In this document: one piece after another, positions 38,483-52,485 of the stretch
How positions within the stretch are numbered: position 1 is the first letter of the stretch
How the letters are laid out: each line of letters opens with the position of its first letter
Notes under the pieces: generated by a model
Databases searched by the model: none
Told to the model about the DNA's origin: nothing
The model's input: the letters and a program-made list of their open reading frames with translations, nothing else
Assembly: GCF_011386835.1 (NCBI RefSeq)
Contig: NC_088799.1
Coordinates: 86,552,001-86,616,000 of the forward strand
Reading direction: 5' to 3'
Length of the DNA stretch: 64,000 nt
Origin: Chrysemys picta bellii
Taxonomy: Eukaryota
Translations under genes and position numbers: made by a program

Positions 38483-41091
38483 TGCAGGGGGGTAATGTAG
38501 GCTCCTGCTAGAGAAACTATAAGATACAGTATATAAGTAGAAAGGAAAAGACTTCAGTAGCCCACGAGGAGAGGAGAACTATTCAGTTTTGTTTAAACTT
38601 GTTTACAATACCCCAGAAGGTATGTGAACTTCGATGACTTAGCCACAGGGCTGGGCCACAGAAGACCACTGGCAGGAGGTGCTAGAGCAGAAGATAGAGG
38701 CAGCATCCTGCACCAATGCAAGGGGGCACTCAGAGTCCCACCGCACTGCTATTCAGATACGTGGCCAAATCCTCAACTGATGAACATTGCTGTAGTTCCA
38801 TTGACGTGAATACCGATTTACACCAGCTGAGTATCTAATCCATCATTTCAATTGTAAGGAAGAACTTTTATTGAGTTCACATGAGCTTGCCATTTTCAGA
38901 GTCAGATGACAACGGCACAGAAAAGCAGCGGTATAAAAGCTCATTCCAGAATTTAAATGGTCCTTCAAGGAAGATTTTGTGCCACTTTTAACAGTACATT
39001 CTGAAAATATAATATAATATAATATAATTATGCCAGCACTGCTAGACATATAGTATTATAGTTTTATATACATTTTCTGTGTACAAGAGCCATATACCAC
39101 GTGAAATCAATTATTATAAATATATATATATATATGGGAATCATATACTGTGACTTGGAAAGGTTTGTTTTAACTCATTCAAACATTCATCACATGACAT
39201 CCAGGGGAGATTCAGATCAGCATTTTCAAGTGGCCTAAGATGTAGGCACCTAACTACCAATAACTTTCAACAAAAATTAAACAAATAATGAAAAATATTT
39301 ATGATTAATTATTATTATTATTATTAGAGAGAAACAAGAAGTCAACATCCTGACATTACTGGGAAATGTATCTAAAAAAGTAAATTCAGTGGATAAACAA
39401 CCAAAGAAGATAAATTGGAGATCAAAAATTTCTGTCAGAGAGCAAGATGCTGTATGGAGAGTAAGATACATCCTGTCCAGAATTAGACCAGGTATAAATT
39501 CAACCATTTGGTTCTCAGAAAAGGCCATGAACTTGAGAGGGGAAAAAGCAAGACATTCTAAAATTGTCCCAAGGATCAACCCTCATCGTTACAGAATTTC
39601 TATGTAAACAGGACACCTAACTCTCTCAGGCACTTTTGGAAATGCTAGCTAAAATTCCTTCCTCAATTTGGTTATATCACTACAAAAGCCCTCATTAGCA
39701 TTTTGCCTTCCATGGACTGCTAGGTATGATCTGATGCTCACTTGACTCTAAGACTACCGTTTATGCAGTTCTTGTTTCACATGAGAAATCCTGATTCATA
39801 CAAATTGTCCCATTGACAACATATGGGATTATTTTCGTGAGAAAGGGTTGTAGGATTAGGCCCATAATTATGTCCAGGATACTATGGTGATGGGCACCTT
39901 ATAAATGTCGTAAATAGATTAGCTTAGAGGGCAGATGCAGATGAACACTTTGCGATCAAGGCATATCCAGGATGGCATTCCTCACACTCACTTCTTCTCA
40001 TCCAATGGCCTGTATACCTCTCATGTGCAAGACTGGTCTCAGTTCTGGTTGGCAGAACATCATGTGCAGTGTGGTGACTTTTAAAGTTATCCTTACATTT
40101 CTCCTGCACTCTTTTTCTTGTCACAATTTGCTGTACATTTCCATGACTGTTGGAAGGTTTCACCGATCGCTACATAAAAGCCAATCTGTACAATTTTATT
40201 TTTGATTTAGGAATATATTTTATTTGCATTTTAGAGATATTAAAATATTTCCAACCATTCTCACATCTCAGACACTGATGCCTTTTCCTCGAGGCAGGGA
40301 AGCTGAGACTTCAAGTTTTATGTTGTGTTTATTGAAATTACTTTGCTCTTTGTGCCTCTCATCCATTTTGCAATTGTTAATTTGCTAAGCCTCACAATAG
40401 CCCTGTTAGATAAATATCTTAATTACCAATGATAAAGGTAGGAGGTGGAATCCTAGCCCTCTTGATGTTTTACCACTGACGTCTACTGGCTAGGATTTCA
40501 CACAAGTAACTAAGGCAGAGAGTGGTGTATTGATTGACGTGCCCAAAGACACAGTGAGTGAACAGCACAGCAGAGAATCTAGATTTCCAATCTTCTTTTG
40601 TAATCACAAAATAATGTTTCATCCTCAACCTTTTTTTGTTTAGCATATAGTGCTCATAAAAAATGCTGGACAGACAACCAAGCTTGTGTTTCCATTACGA
40701 ATCCCAATGTCAGGGGTTGATCGTACCCATAAAAATTCACTCAGGGCTAAAAATAGCATTATAAAATCTGGGGAATAATCTTCTATTTAATACGTTTTCA
40801 AAACACTCAGTTCAAGTTATAGGCATGAAAAATATTTCTTAAAAAAAAAACCACCCATAGGAGTTTACTAATTCAAAAGCTTCCTTTCACACTTGTATAA
40901 TTTTGCAGATTCCTAGACCTGACCACAGGCTAACCAGCTCTCTAAATCTAAATGACTGAGTTAATATTTGGTATTAAGAAAACTCCAAAAATGTGTATCA
41001 ATAGATTTGAGTGTATGCATGCTGCTCTTGTTCTCTTTTTATTACCACAAGAATGGAGACATTAGACATGGATATACAAGTATTAAGCTGA

Positions 41092-41237
41092 TCACAGAAT
41101 ATCAGGGTTGGAAGGGACCTGAGGAGGTCATCTAGTCCAACCCCCTGCTCAAAGCAGGACCAATCCCCAGACAGATTTTTGCCCCAGATCCCTAGATGGT
41201 CCCCTGCAGGACTGAACTCACAACCTAGGGTTTAGCA
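41092..41237 (-). mobile_element. Tortoise Pol III/SINE (tRNA-derived head, CR1 3' tail), 5'-truncated
   Basis: Reverse strand reads gctaaaccctaggttgtgagttcagtcc...gggatctggggcaaaaatctgtctggggattggtcctgctttgagcagggggttggactagatgacctcc...ccttccaaccctgatattctgtga, matching the recalled turtle SINE consensus. Confidence 0.85.
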
Positions 41238-42599
41238 ACTGAGTATTGCTAAGTATCTTAGCTGCATCCACAACACAAGGAGATGGGCTCTCTAATTGTC
41301 AGTTTCACAGGTTTTTAGCTATGCAAGTCCTATTATCTTTAATGAGAGTCATGTGGCTAAATCTCTGAGCTTTTTAAAACTTTAAAGCATCCTTGTAGCT
41401 TTAAGACCCATCCCTGGGGGAGCATGGGGAGATATTCTGTTTCAAGCACAAATCCTTCCTCCCCAAACTCCAGAGCATGTCACTTTGCATGTTCAGCCAG
41501 TCAATTCTCCTGGCGGTGTGTAAGGTGGCAAATACCTGACCAGCGCCTTCTCTCCTTTGGGGTGTTCTGTGCCCCAGGGGTGCTAAATCCCTATGCTTTG
41601 GGGAATACAGGAACTGCAATTGCACCCTACTGCATGGGCACAGAGCAAAGGAGAGTCTTTGTGCTTTGCAGTCCATAAGGTATGTGATATATAATGTTCA
41701 CAGACTCTCTAATGCAGGGCCATATCAGATGCAATGCACAATACAGGGCACATTGGGAATTTAATAGAAAATACTAACTTTGGCATAGATTTTCTTGAAC
41801 CATTCACTAGAACCGAATAAAGAATTCCATCTCTGCTAAAGAATTCTACAAGACAGTTCCAAAAACCTCTTGAAAGAATATCACTGGCTATTACACTATA
41901 TAGTATAGAGTAATACCTATAGAAATCCTATTAGTTTCATGCCTATTAAATTCTATTGGACTTTTCCATAAGAACAGCTAGTGGAAAGGATATTGCAGAC
42001 ACAGTCAAAAGAAAGCTCAGCAATACATTTTTATTTTTACTATACATTAATTTCTATAAGGTTCCTTTTTTTCAAATGACTAATTATGGATAGGCCTCTT
42101 CAAAAAGTTACCTAACTCCCACTGAAAGTCAATGGGAGCTGGATGTCAAACTCCTTCAGGCACTTTTGAAAATCCCACCATACAGACATATTATATATAA
42201 AGGTAAATTAATCCAGCATCAAAATGCAACTAGTTCTGCGGCAGAACACAGCTTCAAAATAGAACAGCTTCGGTAACAGAACAGTGTAGAGACCTGGCAT
42301 GGGAAAGAATTCCTTAGCCAACTGTAGCAATATGGGAATTCAGGAAGATAAACTAAACCATATTATACTGAAATCCAGCCAGGATACCATGTCAGTTGCC
42401 CCTGCTCTTCCAAAGAAATGCCTGGGGATCTTTAATCACCACCACTGATCAGGAAACCTTTAATATCTCATCTGAAAGATGGTACCCTAGCAGCATAGCT
42501 CCTCCTGACACCAGGCAGGCGAATAGTTCAGTTCTGACTCAGAGGGAAAACTGACAACAACAACACTTCCCACAGCACCATGATTTTTTTTCACAGATA

Positions 42600-42905
42600 A
42601 TAAGGACAGAAGGAATCATGATGGCCATCTAGCCTGACCTCCTGCATAACACACGCCATGAAACTTCAGTCTGTTATGCCTGCATCAAATGAAAGCCGAC
42701 AATCTCTGGTTTAACTAGCGCAACTCTCTCAGAAAGGAATCCAATCTTGATGTAAAGACTTCAAGTGATGGAGAATCCACCATGTCTCTTGTTAGGCTTT
42801 TCCAGTGTTAATTATCCTCACTTAACAATTCGTTCTTTATTTCACTTGAATGTATCTGGCTTCAATGTCTAACCATTGGACCTTGTTATGCCTGTGTCTG
42901 CTACA
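42600..42905 (-). mobile_element. Old CR1 3' fragment
   Basis: catctagcctgacctcctgcataac...gacttcaagtgatggagaatccacc...ccattggaccttgttatgcc, a CR1 ORF2 end and 3'UTR pattern. Confidence 0.65.
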
Positions 42906-43031
42906 TTTCCTGGAGGTCTCCAGGTCTGTTCCTGCTTAGCTTGTGAGATTAAGGCCACATCATCTGAAATGGGAAGGCAGTAGGATTTGCAAGTGGCCAC
43001 ACATCTGACTGGCTCCCCACTTGCCAATAGT

Positions 43032-43233
43032 ATAAGAACATAAGACTGGCCCTACTGGGTCAGAGTAAGGATCCATTTAGCCCAGTATCCTGTCTTCTGA
43101 CAGTGGCCAGTGCCAGGTGCCACAGAGAGAATAAGTATCAGAGGGGTATCAGAGAGAATAAACAGAACAGATAATCATCAAGTGATCCATCTCCTGTTGC
43201 TCATGCCCAGCTTCTGGCAAACAGAGGCTAGGG
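43032..43233 (-). mobile_element. CR1 3'UTR fragment (ATAAGAAC-tailed subtype)
   Basis: ataagaacataagactggccctactgggtcag...ctagcccagtatcctgtcttctgacagtggcc-like pattern ending ...ctggcaaacagaggctaggg. Confidence 0.75.
43134..43149 (-). mobile_element. 15-bp Penelope-like terminus micro-insertion within a CR1 3'UTR
   Basis: AGTATCAGAGGGGTA (43134-43148) is the exact reverse complement of 24061-24075, flanked by duplicated CAGAGAGAATAA (43123-43134 and 43150-43161). Confidence 0.7.
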
Positions 43234-43348
43234 TATCTTCTGGGAAGGCTCTGTCCAATACTCGCTGAAGTCAATGGAAGATTTTAGTTAATTTAACTAA
43301 ACTTTGGATCAAGCTCTGAGTTAAGTTCTCAGGGGTCATAGGTGGTTG

Positions 43349-43832
43349 CAGGGCTGGCTCCAGGCACCAGCTGAGCAAGCTGGTGCTTGGGGCGGCAGAT
43401 TGTTCGAGGCGGCATTCTGCCCAATCCTAGGGCGGCACGGCCGCTTTTTTGTTTTGTTTTGTTTTGTTTTTGTTTTGTTCTTGTTCCGCTCCGGCGTCAC
43501 TGTAGGGGGCGGCGGCGCGGAGAACCAGAGCGCCCTGCAGGGCAGTCCTCTTCCTTCCCTCCCCGCCGACCGGAGCGGAGCCCTCACGGCAGGTGGCAGG
43601 AGGCGGCGCAATGGGAGGGGCCGCGTGGCAGCGTCCCTGCTGTAGCCCTGGCCGCCCCCTTCTCTCTCTCTCCTGCCCACTCCCTCCCCCGCCCCCCCCC
43701 CACCCAGCCGGTCCCCCTGCACCCGCGCTCCGGCCGTGCCGCGTTTTTTTTTTTTTGCTTTGCCGTTCTGGCCGCCCCATGTTTTTGTTTTGTTTTTTGC
43801 TTGGGGCGGCCAAAAAGCCAGAGCCAGCCCTG
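43349..43832. mobile_element. hAT (Tip100-like) MITE
   Basis: TIRs CAGGGCTGGCTC / GAGCCAGCCCTG; perfect 8-bp TSD GGTGGTTG; GGGGCGGC subterminal repeats. Confidence 0.93.
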
Positions 43833-45439
43833 GGTGGTTGGCTCAGAAGCTGGGGCCTGAGTGCATACAGAGGAGTTGTTCACCCACCACATTAAACCTG
43901 TTTTATAGGCCAGAGCCATGCTACCAGACCAGGCAAAATATTCCAAGGCCCAAATCCCTTAGGTGTTGCACACCCTTATCTCAGAACTTTAGGGCTCTAA
44001 TCTTTCAATGATTTATGCATATGCTTAAGTTTATCCAATAGGAGTAGTTCTATTAATAAGTCTTTGCAGGATCAGGGCCTAAATTAGTAGGATTTCCTGC
44101 CCACCCATGAGATTTAGGATCATGTTCCTGATAGAATCCTGGCATTTGTTTTTCTCTGCAAGCACATTTCTTCCTCTGCCTGCAACTCACCCATTCCAAG
44201 AGAAGTGCTGGCAGTCATTCTACGGCACTGGCTTCCACCTTCATTACTAAGATTTCCTCATAATCAGTGAAATTTTCTTCCTATAGGAATATGTGTGTGA
44301 GGTCAATACATTTTACACCCAAAATCCAGATGGAAAGAGATGTAACTGGGGGCGGGGGGGGGGGGGTTGATGTGTTTGCACACACTAAAATATTTTCAAA
44401 ATGTTTAGCTTCAGAGCACGGGGGGTTTATGCTAAGAATTGTAAAATCATATTAGTACACAGCCCTAGTTACTTATTGAGCTGGAAAACAGCCATGAGGT
44501 ATCAAATCCATCCCTCTGCTAATGCAGGATTGTTCCATAAACTCTATGTCTAGTGTTTTAACTAGTCTAGTATTACAAGAGATGGAATAAAAGTTGCACT
44601 GAGTTTTCAATTTTATGGGATTTACTGAAGTCCAAGGAGACTTGTGACCTCTCAGCAGTATTAGACTCCCAAATACCCTTATACAAAACTAAGGGGAAAT
44701 AAACTGTAATTTGTTTCCCTACATGATGTCTTTTCATACCTCACTCTTTCTCTCAGATCATTTGTCAAGGGTTTGCTGATCTCTTCTTATTAGTTAAAGG
44801 GGCTACAACAAGACGAACAAGAATGTTTGACCAAGCATGTAATGTCATGAGTCATGGGTTTAATTTAGTTCCAACAGATTTTCAGTATGACCTTGAAACC
44901 TTCTAACACAATAAACCAGACCAGGCCATGAGTATCAGAAAAGGATGCCTGGCAAATCCTAACAAACAAGAACTTAATCAGTCCAGCAACGATCTGCGCT
45001 CTGTGTGTGTGGAAAGCCTGCACCAGAGCCAGCTTGGTTTATATTTCTCTCTCTAATAAACTGAGCAGAACTGAAAGCTTTGCCTTACGGGGAAGCCCTA
45101 TACAATTTGTTAGAAAATGGGAACCTTGCTATGGTTTTTAATTTTCAAACCATCCTATAGAATGTATTAGTGAAGTCTAGTGCTGTGATAGAATTCTATA
45201 CGATTACAACCCCCACAGACCGGATCTCATTCTCTATTAAATCTAAGTGTATCGAGTAATTTCTATAGACATTTAATAGGTTTCTATTAAACTTTGACCA
45301 TTGCCAGTTGCTGCCTAAAGATAGGCAGAATGTTTTTTTTTTCTTTTTCTGGAAATGAAGTATCCGGCATTTAAAGCTGAACCATCCTGTCCTGTGGCTC
45401 ACCGTCCCCTGCAAGCTTGGGAATGGGCAGGGGGGGGGG

Positions 45440-46400
45440 GAACTAGTCCCAGGATCTGGGCGAGCGGCCCCTTTAAGCTCAGGGTGAAGTTTGCTTGAGT
45501 TGAGAGGATCTTTTGAAGCTTCCTTGCTCAGAGGGAGGGAGGGGAGAGGCTCTTAAGATCCCTGCCATGGAACGAGCTCGTTTTCCTAACGCACTGACTT
45601 TCCTGCCTCCCTTAGACAGCCCCGCCCCCCACCCCCCAAATCAAACAAACTCCACCCCAAACTTTTGTCAATCACCACTTGTGTGCCAGGCAGAAGCGAG
45701 GGGGGCGCAGAGAAAGGCGAGGGTGGGAAGGGAAGGCGGATCTCCGGGGCTCTGGCTACATTCCTGCTCCTGCAGGCAGCAGCCCCGCTGCCGGCGGCTC
45801 TGCGGGGGTTGCAGGGCAGGAATCACTTAAGAGCATCCTCCGAGGCGCTGCAGCCACCTCTAGCTCACCGGGCTCCCGGCTTTCGGCCCTTCACAGAGCA
45901 GCTGCAAGAGGAAGGAAAGTAGGTGGCAGCGGCCCCTCCTCTCTCTTCCCCCTTAGCAGGGCAGCATCAGACCCGGGGCAGCTCTTCCCCTGGACTCTCC
46001 ATCAGCGCCTGGCTTGACCTCCCCGCCCCGGCTCATTTGGGGGGCGGGGGTTATAGGACCCAGCAAGCCCCATCGTCAAGGCTCCTGGAGTGAAGGCAGA
46101 GCCTGAATCCCAAGCGGGCTTTGCCGGGGGCCCCGATGGCTCCGGGACTGTTACTGAGTCACGGGGGGTGAGATCCCTGCCTCTCCGCCCCCTCCAGCCC
46201 GACCAAAGCCCCTCGCCTATTTCCAGGGGGAGCCACTTGAGTCTCCAGCGGCTGCTGCTGAAACGGACCAGCCCGCCAGCTTCTGCCTTCTCAGCAGGTT
46301 TGTTCCCGTCTCTTGCCTCTGCCCGTAGCCAGACAGGGACCCAGGGGGGGTTTAGGCGGCCGCAGGAGAATGGCTGGACCCAGGGAGTATCAGAGGAGTA
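45440..46400 (+). promoter_or_regulatory. CHRDL1: CpG-island promoter and probable non-coding exon 1 of CHRDL1
   Basis: Visibly CpG/GC-dense tract with GC boxes (CCCCGCCCC near 45622 and 46021), about 3.5 kb upstream of the ATG exon. Candidate donor AAA|GTAGGT at 45919. Exon-1 limits are not determinable. Confidence 0.65.
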
Positions 46401-46506
46401 GCCGTGTTAGTCTGGATCTGTAAAAAGCGACAGAGTCCTGTGGCACCTTAGAGACTAACAGAGGTATTGGAGCATAAGCTTTCGTGGGTGAATAGTCACT
46501 TCGTCA
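46386..46506 (-). mobile_element. Penelope-like terminal fragment inside the CHRDL1 CpG island, truncated in the hammerhead core
   Basis: agtatcagaggagtagccgtgttagtctgg...gcataagctttcgtgggtgaatagtcacttcgtca, homologous to the reverse complement of 23938-24077. Possible short TSD CAGGGAG. Confidence 0.85.
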
Positions 46507-49500
46507 CCGAGAGAGAGCAGGGAGCTGTGGCACAGCCAGACACACCTAACAGGGCCCACTCAGAACCTAAGCCCCGTTTGCGATTCCCCCCCACCCGCTG
46601 CTGATGCTAGGACTGGCTCGCTTGCCACTTGGCCGGGGGCTGGCGCTCAGGTCTCCCGGAGGTGACATACCCTTCGCTTGCCCCCTTACCCCCTCCCCAG
46701 CACACAGGGCTGGCTTGTCCGTGTCCCTGAGCAGGGCTGGATGGGTTTCAGCGGCCAGGGGAGTCGGAAATGTCTCCTCTCTGCCCCAGGCGACCCCGCA
46801 AAAGTTAGTCCTTGAACTAAACTTTCATCCTGCTTATGGGTGGGGGCTGAGAACTCTGCAAACCGACACACAGTTCTCTATGTCCAGTCGCCTACAGGAG
46901 TACTATGGGCTTTAACCACTACAAGCCAATACTCCGGCCAGGGCTGCATCAAACTAGCTTTTATTAAAATTGGCTGCCATTGTAAGAAAACAAGCCTAAT
47001 GCAGTGCCTAGGAAATCTTTCCCCTCTACTGTACTTTGTCGATGAGAAAACAACAATGCATGTTCTTAGTGGTACATTTTTATGTTACAAAAGGACAGCA
47101 AGCCATTCCGTCCATGACTGACATTTCTTAAACTAATTGCAATTTACATCTTGAGCTCACTAATCAGATTAAACTTCTAGGAGAAAGTTTATCTGAATAT
47201 ATTTGGTGTCTAGTTGCAAGTAAGAACATTGATCATGTCACAGATCTTTACAAATTTATTCAGATTTTCTTTGAACATTCCTGCTTTGTTTCAATAATAT
47301 AAAGTGTAGACCCAGGCTCTGTCATTTTTAGCTATTAAATGGGATTTATTGGAAATCAAAAGACATGAAAATAGGTCTTTGTTTTCTGCCTTATTTCAAT
47401 CTTAGGTAATGCTAATTAAAGATGGGGTTCTCACTGATGAATACCAATAACGGATAATAAAAATGTTAATTTTAATTGCAATTAAGTAGATCAGAATATT
47501 TCCAACTGAGGATATTGCTCAAAAATAAAGGAAATATGTTTATTGCTAAAAGTATCTGTATTTGGGTTTATTGTAACGAGTTTGAAATTAAAGAGATTAA
47601 AAATCCATCTAATTTCCATTATTAATTCCTCTCTTTCATTGTACTATTTAACATTCCTTATTTTAAGCAAGATGGGGTTTAAAGAAATGACATTTTGAAA
47701 TGGAAGGATTTCTGAGTTCTTTCCAGTCTAGCTAACAATCAAAGTGCTCCCGAGACTCCAAGAGGAGTAATGTGCTCCATTTACAAATATTTTTTGCTCA
47801 AACAACCAGACAGCACCCAAAAAAAGTCAGAGTATTTTAAATGCCCACATTTTGCCAGTTCTAGAGATCTGAGGCATGCTACTGTTGCTATGAATAGTGG
47901 CATGTTATACTGAGACTAAATTGCATTTTTTTCATTTTAAACAAGTTTTTTAAAAGTATTTGTCTTAGAAAACGTCCCGTGAAATCTGAACACCTTGAGG
48001 GAAAAAATGATGACAAACTTTTGTTTCTAAAATGAAATTTTATTTCTTGTTCCCAAGAAGAAATTTAAATTCTATTTTGCTATTGTGCAAAGAGCACCCT
48101 TTAAAAGTTACATTATGCTTTTGAATGTTCTCAGATGCATTTTAAATTATTTAGAATGAGGCTATCCAGTACCAGACAGAGGTCAATGATGAGTAGACAG
48201 AGTGGTTGTACTGTTTTGAATGGGGAGGGTTGATGGTCATGCTTCTGGTGTTGTTTTGAGGATTGAGAGTGGAAGAAATTATAGAATAAGAGAGACAAAC
48301 ATACATAATAAATCAAATCATCCATATTATCAGCCCCTTGTTACAGAATCCCAAGTCAGAAAGAATAGTTCTACCTGGAAGATGTTTAAAAAGTGGTATT
48401 GATCAGTACATGACTTTAAATGATTACTCTGTAGCTTGTATAAGCATTTTGTTTAGTTTCTTTAATGAGAATTTGAAAAACAGTATTTTAAGGTGAACTT
48501 GTGTTGTTTTTTCTCAGTGCTTCTCCATTCCTCTAAATTGTCCTTCATTTTTTAATTTACATGTATAGTAAATATTTCTGCTTTGAAAATGCGTCACTGA
48601 AACCTTGTGAAATCTGGGTCCAGTGTTCAATTTTTGATAAGTCATCTGGAGATAACTTATCTAAAGAGATCAAATGACTTGAGCATATTTTTAAAAGTTT
48701 ATATATTTGTTTAAATTACCAGTAATGAATTACTTTTCAAACTTTCATAAGGAAAACCAATACTGAGACTGTTTAAAAAAACCCACATGAATAACACTGT
48801 AAATTATTCCCAACTGTCCTTTTTATGAGACAATAATTTCCTTTATTGTGGTTCACATGTTTATTAATTTATTGTTCCAGATTGGATTTTTTTTTTTAAA
48901 AAGACCCATGTTAATTACAATTTGATCAGTTTCCTCTTTTCACTCTAAGGAGACTGACGGTCTTGAAAATGTCAGACAAAAGGCAAATAGAATTTGCGCT
49001 CTGGCACCATGAATGCAGCTTTCAGGGCAAGGCGTACTTGATGACTATGCTCCATGCTAACAGGGTGTTGATATTAAAGATCTGCATGAATAAAGACTGG
49101 CATGTCATTTGCATACTGTACCTTCAGCATAAAACTGCAGAATGCAGGGGTTATTAAGACAGGTTTCAAGGTAACGGTAAGAGTTAACTCCTGAACAATC
49201 AATTTTATGGAGTCGCAAAATAAGAGGAGATGGGGGATGAATTGATTAGGGGTGAAATCCTGAACCTAGTGAAATAAATGGGAATGCACATTAAAGGGTT
49301 AACATATATTCAAGGTTCAGATTACTCTTACCATGGCAAAGGTAAGGCATTACAACCAACATTCATACTTCCTTCTTTACGTACAAAAGATCTGATTCTG
49401 TCCATGGAAAAGCTTCTAAACAAACTATTTCTCTTGTGAAAGAGGGTTTTAAGAATTTAGACTGCTTACACTTTGCAAGTTCTTTGCTTTGCAATCAGAG

Positions 49501-49773
49501 AAGGACTTCATAAGATGTAATACCCACTTTTCAGCTTTTATGAAAGAGAATGTGGTCCCTTTTCCAAAAATGAAGCAATTTAATCTCAAGCCTAAAATGT
49601 TTCCACTAAACAAAGCTCTGTACAGACCTTTTTTTGCTGTTGTTTTGTTTTGTCTTGTCTTGTTTTCTGGCAGCTTTCGATTTTTACATGTTGGTTGAAA
49701 TCATATTGGAGACCTTCATCTTAAGTAGTCCCAGAGGATTTCAGTCTTAAGTCTTTTCACATTTTCTTCCCAG

Positions 49774-49826
49774 CAACTCAACATTCTGCCCTTTGAAGGA
49801 TTTTTCTTTCCTTTTTGTTGGCAAAG
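49774..49826 (+). other. CHRDL1: Probable 5'UTR portion of the CHRDL1 ATG-containing exon
   Basis: Polypyrimidine acceptor cttttcacattttcttcccag ends at 49773. A second possible acceptor (ctttttgttggcaaag) lies directly before the ATG, so the exon start is ambiguous. Confidence 0.45.
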
Positions 49827-49923
49827 ATGAGGAAAAAATGGAGATTGGAGGACTTTCGATTTATCTTTTCCTGTGTGCTCTGGCTCCTTTTCATAGATGG
49901 AAGTAAATCGGAACAAATAAAAC
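49827..49923 (+). CDS. CHRDL1: CHRDL1 first coding exon (signal peptide), MRKKWRLEDFRFIFSCVLWLLFIDGSKSEQIK + phase-1 C
   Basis: ATG at 49827 (A at -3). Translation matches recalled human CHRDL1 N-terminus [31 protein letters not shown]. Ends at donor AAC|GTAAGT (49924); 97 nt, phase 1 joins the next exon to make His. Confidence 0.95.
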
Positions 49924-51753
49924 GTAAGTAAACTTCAAAAGAAAAATGCATCTATCGTATTAAACTAAATGTGGGGTTTCCTGTTGTCTATCAATTGTGC
50001 GTGTCAAATAAAAATTTTATATGTAATAGAACTTTAACAACGGTTTTGCATTAAAATAAGCCTAATGCAGAAAAAATGTGTCTGCTTGTTTTCATTTAGT
50101 AAAATCAAATCAAAATAAATTGTGGTCTATTTCCCTAAAACCATACAGTTTTCATCACATCATAAAGAACATAACACATCAAGCTGCCAAATCTGTTTTA
50201 CTTCAAATGTCCTGCATACAGAGTGTGCTTAATTGCATTTTAGTGACCTCTATAAACATCTGACAGATTATCTGGATTTTGTCCCATCCATAAGTCTATT
50301 GTGCTGAGGTTTTCAGCTAGTGTAAACCTCCTCCAAGGCAGACCTGTTGTGTTCCAAAAAACCTCATATGAACTGGATTAGAGATGAAATAGTCTTTGAG
50401 AAAATTAAGGATCCAGGCACTGTCAAAAACTTGCGATATATTGAAAGGAATACACACAAGGCAAAGGAAATATTTCTAGAAGCCCAATGATCCATGGGAG
50501 ATGTTAACACATTTCATAAAGAGTGAGTGACAGGAAGGAGTAACTAACAGCACACTCCAGTATCTATAGGAAGACTGTGATCTTGCTAGGAGACCCCTAG
50601 TGCCTTTCTCTACCGCATGTCCAGCTCTTTTGGCCTGTGCCTGAGCTCAGTGTTTGCACTTCAAGGAGTAGTCACAGACAGAGTGTCAAATCTTTCAAAC
50701 CCAGCTTCTTGTCCTAAGCAAGTGGATGCAGCAAAACATAAATTGAATCTGTCCGAAGAAGGCATTCTCTGCTCTCCTGAGCTTATTCACAAGAAAGAAC
50801 TGTGCAAATTAGCCTTGTCCAGTCCAGAGGCTGCACAGGAAAATTCAGCAACTTCCAGTTGCAACTTCAACTCGTTACTTTTTCAGACACTAAGCGTCAT
50901 TCACCATGCAGCTGTCTGAAGTGAAAGCAGATCACTTTACACATGCTACCAGTAATCCCTGCATCTTGCTACCTGCTTTTAGCAGACTGAATGCTAAGGA
51001 CATTCCACTCTCATTCTAACATTTGGGAGCCAAGTATTTGTGTGTTGTTACGAGATGTGTTTGTAAGAACGATGATAATTTATCATGAGGCTTGACATTA
51101 CCATTTACCGAAGCAGCATCACATAAGTAGATGGCTAAATGATACCAGTTGTGTGTGCTGTTAGTTGCAAGTGGAAAAACTATACTTGTGAAATTAGAGG
51201 CCTTTGCTGAAAAATAGGCCCCTAAAATATCTTGCACACTGCTGCATAGATAAGATCAACACACTGTATCAAATAACATGCCATGCTCCTGTTTGATCTG
51301 GTTCTTAAACTATGGAACATGCCATATAAGTACAATGCACATTTCCTCATTCTGTCCTTCAACACTTCTGCTGTCCTGAGCAGAGACTGCTGCAATACCT
51401 TTGAGATGGGAACATTTTATTTACTATGAATTAGGCAGAGGGAACTAAGCACTTTCATTTGTGATTTACACAGGATTTGAACCCAAGTCTCTAGGATGTG
51501 AAAGACTAGTGAAGCAACCCAGTCTGAAAGCTACCACATCAGAACCAGGGAGGTTTCTTGGCTAGAAACTGGTATCGAATACAAAGGCATTAATTTTTAA
51601 ATTGTGTTCTCAAAGAAAAGGAAAAAGTAGAATTCTTTACAAATTTCTTTGCACCTTAAACAAACTCAGCTACCTGGGGTTTACATGGAGTCCTAATTGA
51701 GATATCATAGCTACCACTGCTTTCCTGCACTGAAAGGGATTATTAATTCATAG

Positions 51754-52200
<447 letters not shown>

Positions 52201-52485
52201 TAGCAACCCTGCATCCACATATGGTCCTCACCATTTTGGATGGAACATTAGACTGAGCCCAAGCTTGATTGTGTTGAGATCTAAATGCAACACCCAACTC
52301 TCCAATAAAGCATTCCCACAGTAAAGAAATCTCTTCCCTCGGAGCACTGGGGGAATTAGGCTGGGATGCCACAACTTATAAAAATCCAGGAAAAGGTAGG
52401 GAGAATGAAGGAGGAGAAAAGAAGGGGTTGGGGAATAGGAAGAATTGGCTTTGACATGAAAGGATGAGCCCTTCTGGGCATGCTT

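Noticed and set aside
43336-43946. Multiple 100-157-aa ORFs
   Set aside because: They lie almost entirely within a TSD-bounded hAT MITE with poly-T and (GTTTT)n tracts.
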